A stretch of 64,000 bases of DNA from an uncultured Clostridium sp. (GTDB lineage Bacteria > Bacillota > Clostridia > TANB77 > CAG-508), in assembly GCA_900555615.1 (NCBI GenBank), contig USMB01000001.1, positions 470 to 64,469 on the forward strand, read 5' to 3'. Every line of letters starts with the position of its first letter. The stretch's first letter is position 1. Position numbers and translations under genes: made by a program. Of this stretch, positions 41,298 through 52,512 are shown one piece after another. The notes under the pieces are model-generated. The model had not been told where the DNA came from, made no database searches, and saw nothing but the letters and a program-made list of their open reading frames with translations.

Positions 41298-41370
41298 ATG
41301 CGCAAAAAAGGACCGACCCTAAATTAGCATGAGAGAAAATGCACAAAAAAGGACCGACCCCAAATTAACA
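41298..41370 (+). repeat. two direct copies of the right-arm half element
   Basis: CATGCGCAAAAAAGGACCGACCCTAAATTAGCA and AATGCACAAAAAAGGACCGACCCCAAATTAACA about 40 nt apart, with no left-arm partner. Confidence 0.8.
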
Positions 41371-41386
41371 AGAGAGGAAAAGAAAA

Positions 41387-42091
41387 ATGGGAAATAAAAA
41401 AACTATAATAGGAATTATAATATTATTAATATTGATAATAGGAATAGTGGTATTTGCCTATTCTTATAATAAGTTTAATTCTGAGCAAATGAAGCTTTTG
41501 TCAGAAGAGTCAAATAAAATATTACAATCAAATATAGTAACTGAAAATGTGGACTTTAATATTAAGACTAAGAAAAATTATGCCATTGTTGAAAAAGCTA
41601 TTAAAGAATATGTATCAAATCTTAAGAATACATATATAGAGATTGAAGAATTATATAGTGGAATAAATCCAAATAGTATTTTTTCTGCACAAAACATAAA
41701 TCATAAAGATTTAAGTGAGATTGATGAGATTATAAAAGAATATAAGGATAAAAGTCAAAATTGTGTAGATGAATTAGAAAAATTAGTTGCTGAAGAGAGT
41801 ATTTCTGAAAATATTAATAATAAAAGTTTTTCTAGTAGAGAAAAGTATTATAAAGATTTATACAATACTGTTATGTTGAGTGATGCCATGAAATCACAAT
41901 ATAGTTCTTTAAAGGAAAAAGTTAAAGATGAAAAAAGCAAGTTGAATGAAAAGGTAAGCAAAATAGAAAAAATAAAGAATTTCTTGGAAAATAATAAAGA
42001 TGCTTGGGAAATCAAAGATGATAAAATACAATTTAATAATTTGAATAGAATGACAGAATACTATGGATTGTTAAATCAACTTGTTGACTAA
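41387..42091 (+). CDS. hypothetical membrane-anchored coiled-coil protein
   Basis: Single N-terminal TM segment, Lys/Glu/Asn-rich helical remainder; no recognisable motif. Confidence 0.5.
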   Translation: MGNKKTIIGIIILLILIIGIVVFAYSYNKFNSEQMKLLSEESNKILQSNIVTENVDFNIKTKKNYAIVEKAIKEYVSNLKNTYIEIEELYSGINPNSIFSAQNINHKDLSEIDEIIKEYKDKSQNCVDELEKLVAEESISENINNKSFSSREKYYKDLYNTVMLSDAMKSQYSSLKEKVKDEKSKLNEKVSKIEKIKNFLENNKDAWEIKDDKIQFNNLNRMTEYYGLLNQLVD

Positions 42092-42115
42092 TATACAAGA
42101 AAGAAGGAATTAAAT

Positions 42116-43480
42116 ATGAGAAAATATTTTGGAACTGATGGAATTCGTAGAATTGCAAATACTGAATTATCACCAGAATTAGTTTATAGAGTTGCTAAAG
42201 CAGGGGCATATGTGTTGTCAAGACATTCTAAAAAAGCTCCAACTATATTGATTGGTAGAGATACTCGTCTTTCAGGTACATTAATAGAAAGTGCAATGGT
42301 TGCAGGATTTTTAAGCTATGGTGCAAATGTAAAATTACTAGGAGTTATTCCAACTCCTGGTGTTGCATATTTAACTAGAAAGCTACAAGCTGATGCTAGT
42401 GTAGTTATTTCAGCTTCTCATAATACATATGAATTCAATGGAATAAAATATTTTAGCAATAAGGGAATGAAAATTCCTGATGATGTTGAGAAAGAAATAG
42501 AAGAAGTTATGGATTCTGGAAAACTTGACGAATTATCAGCTGTAAGCGAAAAAATAGGTGTTTCTGAAGTTAGCACAGATTTATTAGATGAATATGTATA
42601 TTTCTTTAGAAAGAATTTTGATGATAATATTGCAAGACTAAATAGACCAGATTTTAAAGTTGTTATAGATACTGCAAATGGTGCAACATATCAAGTTGCA
42701 GATAAGGTATTTACAACACTTGGAATAAATCATGTAATAATAAATAACAAACCAGACGGAATAAATATTAATGCTGGATGTGGTTCAACACATCTTGAAA
42801 TGTTGAAAGAATATGTTGTAAAAAACAAAATGAGTCTTGGAATTGCATATGATGGTGATGGAGATAGATGCCTTGCAGTTGACGAAAATGGAGAAGAAAT
42901 AGATGGAGATAAATTGCTTGCAATTATTTCTCAATATCTAAGAAAACAAGATAAGCTTGCTAAAGGTACAATTGTTGCAACTGTTATGAGTAACTTAGGT
43001 TTGAATAAATTTGCAGAAAAAGAAGGCTTGAACTTTATTCAAACTAAAGTAGGAGACAGATATGTACTAGAAGAAATGCTAAAAAGCGGATATAACTTAG
43101 GTGGAGAGCAATCTGGCCATGTTATATTATTAGACTATAATCCTACTGGTGATGGAATATTAACCTCATTAATGCTAATTCAAGCAATTTTAGAGAGTGG
43201 CAAAAAAGCATCCGAATTAGGCTCAATTGTACAAAAATATCCACAAGTTTTAATAAATGCAAAAGTGGATTCAGATAAAAAATATGATTATGAGAAAAAT
43301 GTAGAAATAAAGAATGCAATTGAAAAACTAGAAAAAGAATTTTCCGGAAATGGCAGAGTTTTAATTAGACCTTCTGGAACAGAACCTCTTGTTAGAGTTA
43401 TGATTGAAGGAAAAGATAAAGAGGTTATTAGAGAAAAAGCACAAAAAATAGCAGATTTAATAGAGAAAAATTGCAAATAA
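42116..43480 (+). CDS. glmM: phosphoglucosamine mutase
   Basis: Active-site SASHN, metal-binding DGDGDR, GEQSGH sugar loop. Confidence 0.95.
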   Translation: MRKYFGTDGIRRIANTELSPELVYRVAKAGAYVLSRHSKKAPTILIGRDTRLSGTLIESAMVAGFLSYGANVKLLGVIPTPGVAYLTRKLQADASVVISASHNTYEFNGIKYFSNKGMKIPDDVEKEIEEVMDSGKLDELSAVSEKIGVSEVSTDLLDEYVYFFRKNFDDNIARLNRPDFKVVIDTANGATYQVADKVFTTLGINHVIINNKPDGININAGCGSTHLEMLKEYVVKNKMSLGIAYDGDGDRCLAVDENGEEIDGDKLLAIISQYLRKQDKLAKGTIVATVMSNLGLNKFAEKEGLNFIQTKVGDRYVLEEMLKSGYNLGGEQSGHVILLDYNPTGDGILTSLMLIQAILESGKKASELGSIVQKYPQVLINAKVDSDKKYDYEKNVEIKNAIEKLEKEFSGNGRVLIRPSGTEPLVRVMIEGKDKEVIREKAQKIADLIEKNCK

Positions 43481-43496
43481 AGAAAGAGGGTTTAAG

Positions 43497-44402
43497 ATGG
43501 GATTTTTTGATAAACTAAAACAAGGACTAAGCAAGACAAAAGATTCAATTAATGAAAAAATCAATGATGTTTTTAGTAATTTTAGAAAAGTTGATGAAGA
43601 TTTTCTAGAAGAACTAGAAGAAGCATTAATAATGTCAGATATAGGAATTGAAACTTCAACAAAAATAATTGATAATCTAAGAACTAGAATTAAAAAAGAA
43701 AAAATTGAAGATGAGGAACAAGTAAAAGAAGCATTAAGGGAAGAAATCGAAAAAATATTAGAAATTTCAGATAATTCATTAAAGCTTGAAACTAAGCCAT
43801 CTGTAATCTTAGTAATAGGAGTAAATGGAGTAGGAAAAACTACTTCTATTGGAAAAATGGCTGCAAGATTATCAAGAGATGGAAAAAAAGTTGTAGTTGC
43901 TGCTGCAGATACATTTAGAGCTGCAGCAGTAGAACAATTGGAGATTTGGGCTAAAAGAGCAGGTGCTGAAATAGTAAAAAGAGAAGAAGGAATAGATCCA
44001 GCTTCAGTTGTATTTGATGCTATAAAAAAGACAAGAGAAATAGGTGCAGATGTTTTAATCTGTGATACAGCAGGAAGATTACACAATAAAAAATATTTGA
44101 TGGACGAGCTAAACAAAATTCAAAAAGTAATCAACAAAGAAATGCCAGATGCATCAAAAGAAGTTTTGCTAGTAATTGATGCTGGAACAGGTCAAAATGC
44201 AATTTCACAAGTAAAAGCATTTAAAGAACAAGCAGATATTACAGGTATAGTTCTTACAAAATTAGATGGAACAGCCAAAGGTGGTGCTGTTATTGGAATT
44301 GTAGAAGAAAATAAAATTCCTGTAAAATTTATTGGCGTTGGTGAGCAAATTGATGATATGGAAATCTTTAATTCAAAGGATTTTGCTAAGGCAATAATAT
44401 AA
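43497..44402 (+). CDS. ftsY: signal recognition particle receptor FtsY
   Basis: NG domain: GVNGVGKTT, DTAGR, TKLDG motifs. Confidence 0.95.
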   Translation: MGFFDKLKQGLSKTKDSINEKINDVFSNFRKVDEDFLEELEEALIMSDIGIETSTKIIDNLRTRIKKEKIEDEEQVKEALREEIEKILEISDNSLKLETKPSVILVIGVNGVGKTTSIGKMAARLSRDGKKVVVAAADTFRAAAVEQLEIWAKRAGAEIVKREEGIDPASVVFDAIKKTREIGADVLICDTAGRLHNKKYLMDELNKIQKVINKEMPDASKEVLLVIDAGTGQNAISQVKAFKEQADITGIVLTKLDGTAKGGAVIGIVEENKIPVKFIGVGEQIDDMEIFNSKDFAKAII

Positions 44403-44463
44403 TGCGCAAAAAAGGACCGACCCGAAATTAGCATGCGCAAAAAAGGACCGACCCCAAATTCAC
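44402..44463 (+). repeat. tandem pair of right-arm half elements (31-nt period)
   Basis: ATGCGCAAAAAAGGACCGACCCGAAATTAGC followed directly by ATGCGCAAAAAAGGACCGACCCCAAATTCAC; starts in the ftsY stop codon. Confidence 0.85.
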
Positions 44464-44483
44464 AAATTCGCGAGGAGGAAAAT

Positions 44484-47228
44484 ATGGAAATAACTAAACT
44501 AAGAATCGGAAAAAAAGCAAGAGCAGGACTTGTAATAGCATTTCTTATAATATATGCACTTATAACGTATATATCGCTAAGAGGCCAGTATTTGGAATAT
44601 CTTGAACTAGGAAATCAATATGTCGAAAAATTTTTGACAGATATTAAATGTAAATACACAATAATGGGAATAAGTTTTGTTGTATTAAGTATTATTATAT
44701 ATTTTATAAATAGAGGTGTAAAAAAGGGGTTAAAGCCATTTTTTGAGCAAGAGAATAAAACAATGCCTAAGCTTCCTAATAAATCTTTAACTTTAATTAT
44801 TTCTGCAATAGCAAGTGTTGTAATATCTAATAATTTAGTTGAAAAAGTTTTATTGCTTGCAAGTAATGTTTCTTTTGGAGAAGCTGACATAGTTTTCAAT
44901 TTAGATATTTCATACTATATGTTTGTAAAACCTTTAATTGATTTGTTAATAGATTATGCGATAAAATTAATTATAATGTTAAGTTTGTACATGGCAGGAT
45001 ATTATATTGTTGTATTTAATTTTTATTTTAAAGGCGTAGATAGACAGTTATTGCGTGAAAGTAAATTGATAAAAAAGCTATTAAGAAATGTAATATTTTT
45101 AGCTATAGCTTATGGTGTTAAAACAGTGCTAAGCACTCAAAATATTGTGACAGGTAAATTGTTAACATTGGATAATGGAACAGAGTTGACAGGTGCTGGT
45201 ATTGTTGAGGCAACGATTCAAGTTTGGGGATATGTGGGACTTGCTGTTGTAATTATAGTTGCATCAATATTGGCAGTAAAATATTTTGTTAAAAATCAAA
45301 ATAAAAAAATCATGTATACAGTTATGTCTGTACCAATATATCTAGTTGCTTTATTTGTTGTTATGGTAGGATATAATTTAATATTTGTAAAACCAAATGA
45401 ATTTGATAAAGAAAGAAAATATATTGGAGAGAATATAAAATCTACTCAAAAAGCTTATAATATAAAAGTAGAAGAAGAGAATGCTGATTATACAGGAACT
45501 ATAACAGAAGAAGAAATTGAAAATAATTCAGATATTATAGATAATATTCCGTTAGTAAATGAAAAATTGGTTGTTGAAAGTTTGAATGATACTCAAACAG
45601 AATCTGGATATTATACATATAAAAATGCTCAAATTGCTAAATATCAAATTGACGGAAAAGACCAATTGGTATATGTTTCTCCAAGAGAAATGAAGAATCT
45701 AGATATTTCTTATAATAATAAAACATATGAATATACACATGGAATTGGAGAAATTGTTGCATCTGCAACATCTGTAGCAGAAGATGGAAATATCAAGTAT
45801 ATTCAAAAAGATATTTCTGGTACTGATAATATTTACAATATAACAGAACCAAGAATTTATTATGGTGTTGAAACTAATAGTACAGTTGTAGCAAATACAA
45901 AAAATAAGACAGAATATGATTATACAGATAATGCTGGAATAGAACATACATATAATTATTCTGGAAAATCTGGAATACAAGTTGGGTTTATTGATAGATT
46001 GATTTTAGCAATAAATCAAAAAAATATAAAACTTGCAATGTCAAGTTCTGTTTCAGATGAAAGCAAAATTCTAACAAATAGAAATATAATTGAAAGAGCT
46101 AAAACAGTATTGCCAAACATTGTTTATGATGAAAATCCTTATACAGTAGTTGATAATGGTCAAATTTATTGGGTGCTAGATGGTTATACAGTTTCTGATA
46201 AATATCCATATTCAACATATACAGAGGTTGTTTATAATGATGCTAAACATAAAATAAATTATATTAGAAATTCTGTAAAAGTTATAATAAATGCATATGA
46301 TGGTGATATGACATTTTATATAACAGACAGAAATGATCCAATTATTATGGCATATTTGAAGTTATATCCAACTATCTTTTCTGATTATACAGGAAAAGAG
46401 ATTCCTGAAGGAATAAAAGCACAACTAAAATATCCAAAATATTTATACAATGTTCAATCTCAAATGCTTATGGTATATCATAATGTCAAAGAAGATGTAT
46501 TGTATAGAAATGGTGACATTTGGGCTTTGCCAAAGTATGGAACAGCAACTTCAAAAACTAAAATAGCAACATTAGAACCATATTATGCTATGGTAAAAAA
46601 TGGTGATAGTCAAGCTCAATTAGGATTAATTCAAATGTATACACAAAATGGAAAATCAAATATAATATCATATTTGGTTGGTGTTTGTGAAAGTACAGAA
46701 TGTAAATTAAAAATATATAAATATCCAACAGATAGCAATATAGTAGGGCCAACACAGTTAGATACAAAAATTCAACAAGATGAAACAATTTCAGCACAAT
46801 TAGAAGCTCTAAATGTAGCTGGAAGTAAAATATCAAAAGATATGAAGATAATACCAGTTGGCAATACAGTTTTATATGTTGAAACAATATATCAAACAAG
46901 AACTAATGAGCCTAATGCAACAACTACATTAGAGAAAATAATTGTTGCATCTGGAAGTAAAGTAGCAATTGGTGATAGCTTGCAAGAAGCAATTACTAAT
47001 TTGCTATCAAAATCAGCTGTAAATATTGAAATAACTAATACAGAAGATGTTGAAGGAATGATTCAAGCAATTATAAAAGCAAATAAAAATTTAACAGAAT
47101 CAAACGGAAGAAATGATTGGAAAATGATGGGGGCAGATATTAAAGAACTTCAGAGTCTAATAGATTCTTTGGAAAAGATGGTAAAAAAAGAAAACTCAAA
47201 ATTTAATGTAACAACATCTGATTTTTAG
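44484..47228 (+). CDS. UPF0182-family large membrane protein
   Basis: Seven or so N-terminal TM segments followed by a large (about 600 aa) extracytoplasmic domain, size typical of UPF0182; GAGGAGG RBS before the ATG at 44484 (the track start reads through the repeat). Confidence 0.65.
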   Translation: MEITKLRIGKKARAGLVIAFLIIYALITYISLRGQYLEYLELGNQYVEKFLTDIKCKYTIMGISFVVLSIIIYFINRGVKKGLKPFFEQENKTMPKLPNKSLTLIISAIASVVISNNLVEKVLLLASNVSFGEADIVFNLDISYYMFVKPLIDLLIDYAIKLIIMLSLYMAGYYIVVFNFYFKGVDRQLLRESKLIKKLLRNVIFLAIAYGVKTVLSTQNIVTGKLLTLDNGTELTGAGIVEATIQVWGYVGLAVVIIVASILAVKYFVKNQNKKIMYTVMSVPIYLVALFVVMVGYNLIFVKPNEFDKERKYIGENIKSTQKAYNIKVEEENADYTGTITEEEIENNSDIIDNIPLVNEKLVVESLNDTQTESGYYTYKNAQIAKYQIDGKDQLVYVSPREMKNLDISYNNKTYEYTHGIGEIVASATSVAEDGNIKYIQKDISGTDNIYNITEPRIYYGVETNSTVVANTKNKTEYDYTDNAGIEHTYNYSGKSGIQVGFIDRLILAINQKNIKLAMSSSVSDESKILTNRNIIERAKTVLPNIVYDENPYTVVDNGQIYWVLDGYTVSDKYPYSTYTEVVYNDAKHKINYIRNSVKVIINAYDGDMTFYITDRNDPIIMAYLKLYPTIFSDYTGKEIPEGIKAQLKYPKYLYNVQSQMLMVYHNVKEDVLYRNGDIWALPKYGTATSKTKIATLEPYYAMVKNGDSQAQLGLIQMYTQNGKSNIISYLVGVCESTECKLKIYKYPTDSNIVGPTQLDTKIQQDETISAQLEALNVAGSKISKDMKIIPVGNTVLYVETIYQTRTNEPNATTTLEKIIVASGSKVAIGDSLQEAITNLLSKSAVNIEITNTEDVEGMIQAIIKANKNLTESNGRNDWKMMGADIKELQSLIDSLEKMVKKENSKFNVTTSDF

Positions 47229-47406
47229 AAAATATTTATAAAAGTTGGGGGATTTAAGGATTTCTATTGCAAAGAAATTCTTAAATTCTTTTTTTGATTT
47301 TTGCTATAAATTAAATTAAAAAAGTCTTGTAAAAATAATATATTTAGTGTAAAATAAAGGCAAAAAGTAAATAATAAAAAAGAGCAAAAAGGAATGAGGT
47401 CAAAAA

Positions 47407-48462
47407 ATGAGATTTGTAACAGATGAGAAGAGTGAAAAAGAGTATAAAGAATTTTTAGAAAAGCATGAAAGATGCAACTTTCAACAATCACCAGAATGGG
47501 CAAAAGTAAAATCAAATTGGAAAAACGAAGTAGTCTTAGCAGAAGATGAAAATGGAAAAATTATAGGAGCAGTAAGTATATTAATAAGAAAAATCCCTAT
47601 TTTCGGTAATATTATGTATTCTTCAAGAGGGCCAACATGTGATATACATGATTTTTCTGTAATGAAACAATTAACAGATGGAATTAGAAAATTAGCAAAA
47701 AAATATAATGCATTTGTTTATAAAGCAGAACCAGATATTGAAAGTAAAGATGAAGAGTTTAGAAAAGTTGTAACAAGCTTAGGCTACAAAATAAAAGATG
47801 ATGCCAAAAACTTTAGAGAAGAAATACAACCAAGATATGTATTTAGACTAGACATAAAAGATAAAACAGAAGATGAGATTTTTTCAGGATTTCACTCAAA
47901 AACAAGATATAATGTACGTCTTGCAATAAAAAAAGGTGTCGAAGTCAAAGAAGGAACAAGAGAAGATTTAAAAGAATTCCATAAAATAATGGTTGAAACA
48001 GGGACAAGAGATGGATTTATAATTAGACCACTATCATATTTTGAAAAAATGTATGATGAACTTGCACCAAATCATATGAAATTATTAATGGCATATCATG
48101 ATGGAAAAGCAATATCAGGAGTAATTCCAATCTTTTATGGAAATAAAACATGGTATTTATATGGAGCAAGTAGTAATGAACACAGAAATTTAATGCCAAA
48201 TTATTTATTACAATGGGAAATGATAAAAATGGCATTAGCAAGAAAAGATGATATTTATGATTTTAGAGGAGTATCAGGAGTTGTAGACGAAAGTCATCCA
48301 CAATATGGATTATATAGATTCAAAAAAGGATTTGGAGCAACATTTACAGAATTTATTGGAGAAGTTTATATTCCATTTAAACCATTAACATATTCAATTT
48401 ATAAATTTTCAGAAAAAACATTTAGAAATTTAAGGGGATTAAAAACAAAGTTCAAGAAATAA
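47407..48462 (+). CDS. FemAB-family peptidoglycan aminoacyltransferase (FemX-like)
   Basis: Twin GNAT-like FemAB fold signatures ([34 protein letters not shown]). Confidence 0.85.
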   Translation: MRFVTDEKSEKEYKEFLEKHERCNFQQSPEWAKVKSNWKNEVVLAEDENGKIIGAVSILIRKIPIFGNIMYSSRGPTCDIHDFSVMKQLTDGIRKLAKKYNAFVYKAEPDIESKDEEFRKVVTSLGYKIKDDAKNFREEIQPRYVFRLDIKDKTEDEIFSGFHSKTRYNVRLAIKKGVEVKEGTREDLKEFHKIMVETGTRDGFIIRPLSYFEKMYDELAPNHMKLLMAYHDGKAISGVIPIFYGNKTWYLYGASSNEHRNLMPNYLLQWEMIKMALARKDDIYDFRGVSGVVDESHPQYGLYRFKKGFGATFTEFIGEVYIPFKPLTYSIYKFSEKTFRNLRGLKTKFKK

Positions 48463-48470
48463 GGAGATAT

Positions 48471-49571
48471 ATGAAAACATTAGTTGTAGAAAAACAAAAT
48501 CTAAAACATAATTTGAAAATAATAAAAGACATAACAGAAAAAAATAAGACTAAAATTATAGCAGTAATAAAAGGCAATGGATATGGATTAGGATTAGTTG
48601 AATATGCAGAATTTCTAGCAGACAATGGGATAGAAATTTTTGCAGTTGCAACAGTAGAAGAAGCGATCAAACTAAGAAAAAACGGTATAAAACAAGATAT
48701 CTTGATGATGTCTTCAACAGCTGTAAAAGAAGATGTTGAAGCATTAGTAGAAAATGATATTATAATAACAATAGGCTCAAATGAAGCAGTTGAAGTAGCA
48801 GAAGAAGTGGCAAAAAGTAAAAATAAAAAAATAAGAGCACATTTAAAAATAGATACTGGATTTGGAAGATATGGATTTATTTATACAGAAAAAGAAAAAA
48901 TCTTAGAATCATTAAAGAAACTAGAAAATGTAAAAATAGAAGGAGCATTTACACATTTTTCTATTGCATTTTTTGGAGATGGAAAAGAAACTCAAGAGCA
49001 ATTTGAAAGATTTATGGCAACAGTAGAATATCTAAAGAAAAATAATGTTGATACAGGAATGTTGCATGTGTGCAATTCATCAGCATTTTTAAGATTTGAA
49101 AATATGCATTTAGATGCTGTAAGAGTTGGTTCTGCATTATTAGGTAGACTAGCAATTCCAAATAAATGGGGATTCAAAAAAGTAGGATATCTAAAATCAA
49201 ATATTGCAGAAATAAAAGTACTTCCAAAAGGATATAATATAGGATATTCTAATTCATATCAAACAGAAAAAGAAACTAAAATAGCAATAGTGCCAGTAGG
49301 ATATGCAGATGGATTTAATGTTAAAGTAGATAGAGATATGTTTAGACCAATTGATAGACTAAGATATGTAATAAGAGACATAAAAGATGCTTTTAGAGAT
49401 AAAAACTTATATGTAACTATAAATGGAGAAAAACATAGAGTTTTAGGACGTTTAGGAATGTATCATGTTAGTGTTGATATAACAGGAAAAGAAATTAATA
49501 TTAATGATGAGGTTCATTTTAATGTAAGTCCAATGTTTGTAGATAGCAGTATTACTAGAGAATACATTTAG
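48471..49571 (+). CDS. alr: alanine racemase
   Basis: PLP-lysine region [12 protein letters not shown]-terminal beta domain with PVGYADG. Confidence 0.88.
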   Translation: MKTLVVEKQNLKHNLKIIKDITEKNKTKIIAVIKGNGYGLGLVEYAEFLADNGIEIFAVATVEEAIKLRKNGIKQDILMMSSTAVKEDVEALVENDIIITIGSNEAVEVAEEVAKSKNKKIRAHLKIDTGFGRYGFIYTEKEKILESLKKLENVKIEGAFTHFSIAFFGDGKETQEQFERFMATVEYLKKNNVDTGMLHVCNSSAFLRFENMHLDAVRVGSALLGRLAIPNKWGFKKVGYLKSNIAEIKVLPKGYNIGYSNSYQTEKETKIAIVPVGYADGFNVKVDRDMFRPIDRLRYVIRDIKDAFRDKNLYVTINGEKHRVLGRLGMYHVSVDITGKEININDEVHFNVSPMFVDSSITREYI

Positions 49572-49624
49572 AGGTTTATAGGTATAGCCAAAAAAACCTA
49601 AATAAAATTTAAAAGGAATAAGAA

Positions 49625-50668
49625 ATGAAAGAGAACAAAGTTAAAAATATAAACTTTTTTAAAAAGATTTGGTATTCTATTACCAAATTTGAACAATATC
49701 CAGCCATGGCAGCAGAAGGAATAAAAACTGCAACAAGATATTTGTTAATATTAATAACATTAGTAACTGTAGCTGCAATGGGAGGTTCATTATTACAAAC
49801 GAATAAAATGATGAGAGATTTATCTCAATATATTCAAGAAAATATTCCAGAGTTTTCTTATAATGATGGAAAAATAGAAATGAACACAGAAGAACCTATT
49901 GTTATAAATGATATTCAATATCAAGGAATAGATAGAATAGTCATAGATCCAATGGCTGATACGGCAGAGCAAAAAGAGAAAGATAAAACAGATAATTCAA
50001 TGGAAGGAATAATAGTGTTCTTGTTTAAAGACGAAATTGTGCTAGTTGGAAAAACATCAGAATCAGATAAAACAGCGGAACAAGTATATACATATAGCAA
50101 TTTCATTCAAAGCTATACAGGAACTGATATTCAATCATTTAATAAAACAGATTTTACTAATTATTTAACAAGTGAAAGAATGATTCCATTTTATACAAGA
50201 TATGGATTATCAATATTTATATATTTGTTAATTATGAATGTTATATATGCCTTGCTAGATGCTTTCGAAATTGCAATATTAGGATGGATAACAGGTTTAC
50301 TTGCAAAGATAAAAATAAAATTCTCTGCATTGTATAGCATGGCTGCATATGCATTAACATTATCAATATTTTTAAACATTATATATATAGTAATTAATTA
50401 TTTTACGACATTTTCAATTAAATATTTCCAAGTAGCATATATTGCAATTGCTTATATTTATTTAGCTGCAACAATATTTATACTAAAAGATGATTTGATA
50501 AGAAAATTACAAGAAGTAGAAAAAATCAGAGAAGAGCAAAAAAATGTTAAAGAAGAAATAAAAGAACAAGAAGATAAAAAGGAAGAAGAACCTAAAGAAG
50601 AGAAAAAAGAAAAAAAGGATAAAAAAGAGGATGATGAAGGAGAAGAACCACAAGGCTCTGAAGCATAA
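49625..50668 (+). CDS. DUF1189-like polytopic membrane protein with a Lys/Glu-rich tail
   Basis: N-terminus FFKKIWYSITKF..., TM layout resembles YvdJ/DUF1189; low-complexity EEKKE C-terminus. Confidence 0.45.
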   Translation: MKENKVKNINFFKKIWYSITKFEQYPAMAAEGIKTATRYLLILITLVTVAAMGGSLLQTNKMMRDLSQYIQENIPEFSYNDGKIEMNTEEPIVINDIQYQGIDRIVIDPMADTAEQKEKDKTDNSMEGIIVFLFKDEIVLVGKTSESDKTAEQVYTYSNFIQSYTGTDIQSFNKTDFTNYLTSERMIPFYTRYGLSIFIYLLIMNVIYALLDAFEIAILGWITGLLAKIKIKFSALYSMAAYALTLSIFLNIIYIVINYFTTFSIKYFQVAYIAIAYIYLAATIFILKDDLIRKLQEVEKIREEQKNVKEEIKEQEDKKEEEPKEEKKEKKDKKEDDEGEEPQGSEA

Positions 50669-50683
50669 GGAGGAAAATAACGG

Positions 50684-52489
50684 ATGAACAATAATAAAGA
50701 TAAATACAAAGAAATTTTAAGAAATTTAATTAATACAGTATTAATATTAGGTATTATTATAGCATTAGCTTTTGGAGGATATTTATTTTACAAAAATCAA
50801 AAAGAGAAAAATGGCGATGATACAAAATTATCATATACAGATTTAGTAAAAGAGATAGAAGCAGGAAATGTAGAAAAAATAGAAATGACAACTGGAAGTG
50901 CAACTCTAAAAGTAAAATTAAAAGATGTAGAAGAAGAAAAAACAACAATCATATCAAGCACACAAGCATTTACAGAATTAATTCAAGAAAAGACATTAGA
51001 GGAAAAAGGAGTAAATTTAGAGGTAAAAAAACCAAGTATAATATCACAACTTCCATCTTATGTAATGTCTATTTTGCCAACAGTAATAATGCTTGCACTA
51101 TTTATCATGATATTTAAAATGCAAGGACTTGGAGATAAAGGCGAAGTATATGATGATACAGAAAGAAAAACCAAAATTACATTTGATGATATAGCTGGAT
51201 TAGATGAAGAAAAAGAAGAACTAAAAGAAATTGTAGAGTTTTTAAAACAACCAAAAAAATTTACAGAAATGGGAGCAAAAATTCCAAAAGGTGTTTTACT
51301 ATATGGTAAACCAGGAACTGGTAAAACATTAATTGCAAAAGCAATTGCTGGAGAAGCAGATGTACCATTTATTTCTATGAGTGGTTCAGAATTTATAGAA
51401 ATGTTTGCAGGACTTGGAGCATCAAGAGTAAGAAAATTATTTGATAAAGCAAGAAAATTATCACCATGTATAGTATTCATAGATGAGATTGATGCAATTG
51501 GTTCAAGAAGAACAAGTAATAGTGGAGCTGAATCTGAAAATAATCAAACATTAAATCAATTATTAGTTGAAATGGATGGTTTTTCATCAGAAGAAACAAT
51601 TATTGTATTAGCAGCAACAAATAGACCAGAAATGCTAGATAAAGCTTTATTAAGACCAGGAAGATTTGATAGACAAGTAACAATACCAGCACCAGATTTA
51701 GCTGGAAGAGAAGATATTTTAAAGATACATGCAAAAGACAAAAAAATAGCAGATGATGTTTCTTTATATAGTATAGCAGAAGATACAGCAGGATTTACAG
51801 GAGCGGAACTTGCAAATATATTAAATGAAGCAGCAATTATAGCTACAAAGAAAGAACATGATGCAATTACAAATCAAGATTTAGATGAAGCAGTAAAAAA
51901 AGTAACTGTAGGTCTTGAAAAAACAAGCAGAAAAATATCTGATAAAGATAAAAAGCTAACAGCATATCATGAAGCTGGACATGCTATTGTAAGTCAATTC
52001 TTACCAACACAAACAGCTGTAAAAGAAGTATCTATTATACCTAGAGGAATGGCTGGAGGATATACAATGTATAAATCTGATGAAGACAAATACTATATAT
52101 CTAAGACAGAAATGCAAGAAAAATTAATAGCACTTTTAGGTGGAAGAGCAGCAGAAAAATTAATATTAGATGACATTTCAACAGGTGCAAGCAATGATTT
52201 AGAAGTAGCAACTCAAATTGCAAGAGATATGATTACTGTTTATGGAATGAGTGATACAATAGGAACAATATCATTTAAAGATAGTGATGGAGAAATGAAT
52301 TACCAAATGTTTGGTGATGAAATGCAAGATGCAATAGGTAAAGAAGTAAAAAGACTAATAGACACAGCATATAGAGATGCACAAGAAATCTTAAGACAAA
52401 ATATTGATAAATTACATGCTATAGCATCTGTATTGATTACAAAAGAAAAAATAAATGAAGAAGAGTTTAATAAGTTTTTTAATTCTTAA
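50684..52489 (+). CDS. ftsH: ATP-dependent zinc metalloprotease FtsH
   Basis: Two TM segments, AAA+ GKPGTGKT, SRH, HEAGHA zinc site. Confidence 0.97.
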   Translation: MNNNKDKYKEILRNLINTVLILGIIIALAFGGYLFYKNQKEKNGDDTKLSYTDLVKEIEAGNVEKIEMTTGSATLKVKLKDVEEEKTTIISSTQAFTELIQEKTLEEKGVNLEVKKPSIISQLPSYVMSILPTVIMLALFIMIFKMQGLGDKGEVYDDTERKTKITFDDIAGLDEEKEELKEIVEFLKQPKKFTEMGAKIPKGVLLYGKPGTGKTLIAKAIAGEADVPFISMSGSEFIEMFAGLGASRVRKLFDKARKLSPCIVFIDEIDAIGSRRTSNSGAESENNQTLNQLLVEMDGFSSEETIIVLAATNRPEMLDKALLRPGRFDRQVTIPAPDLAGREDILKIHAKDKKIADDVSLYSIAEDTAGFTGAELANILNEAAIIATKKEHDAITNQDLDEAVKKVTVGLEKTSRKISDKDKKLTAYHEAGHAIVSQFLPTQTAVKEVSIIPRGMAGGYTMYKSDEDKYYISKTEMQEKLIALLGGRAAEKLILDDISTGASNDLEVATQIARDMITVYGMSDTIGTISFKDSDGEMNYQMFGDEMQDAIGKEVKRLIDTAYRDAQEILRQNIDKLHAIASVLITKEKINEEEFNKFFNS

Positions 52490-52512
52490 TTCAAAAGAAA
52501 AGGGGTAAAAAC

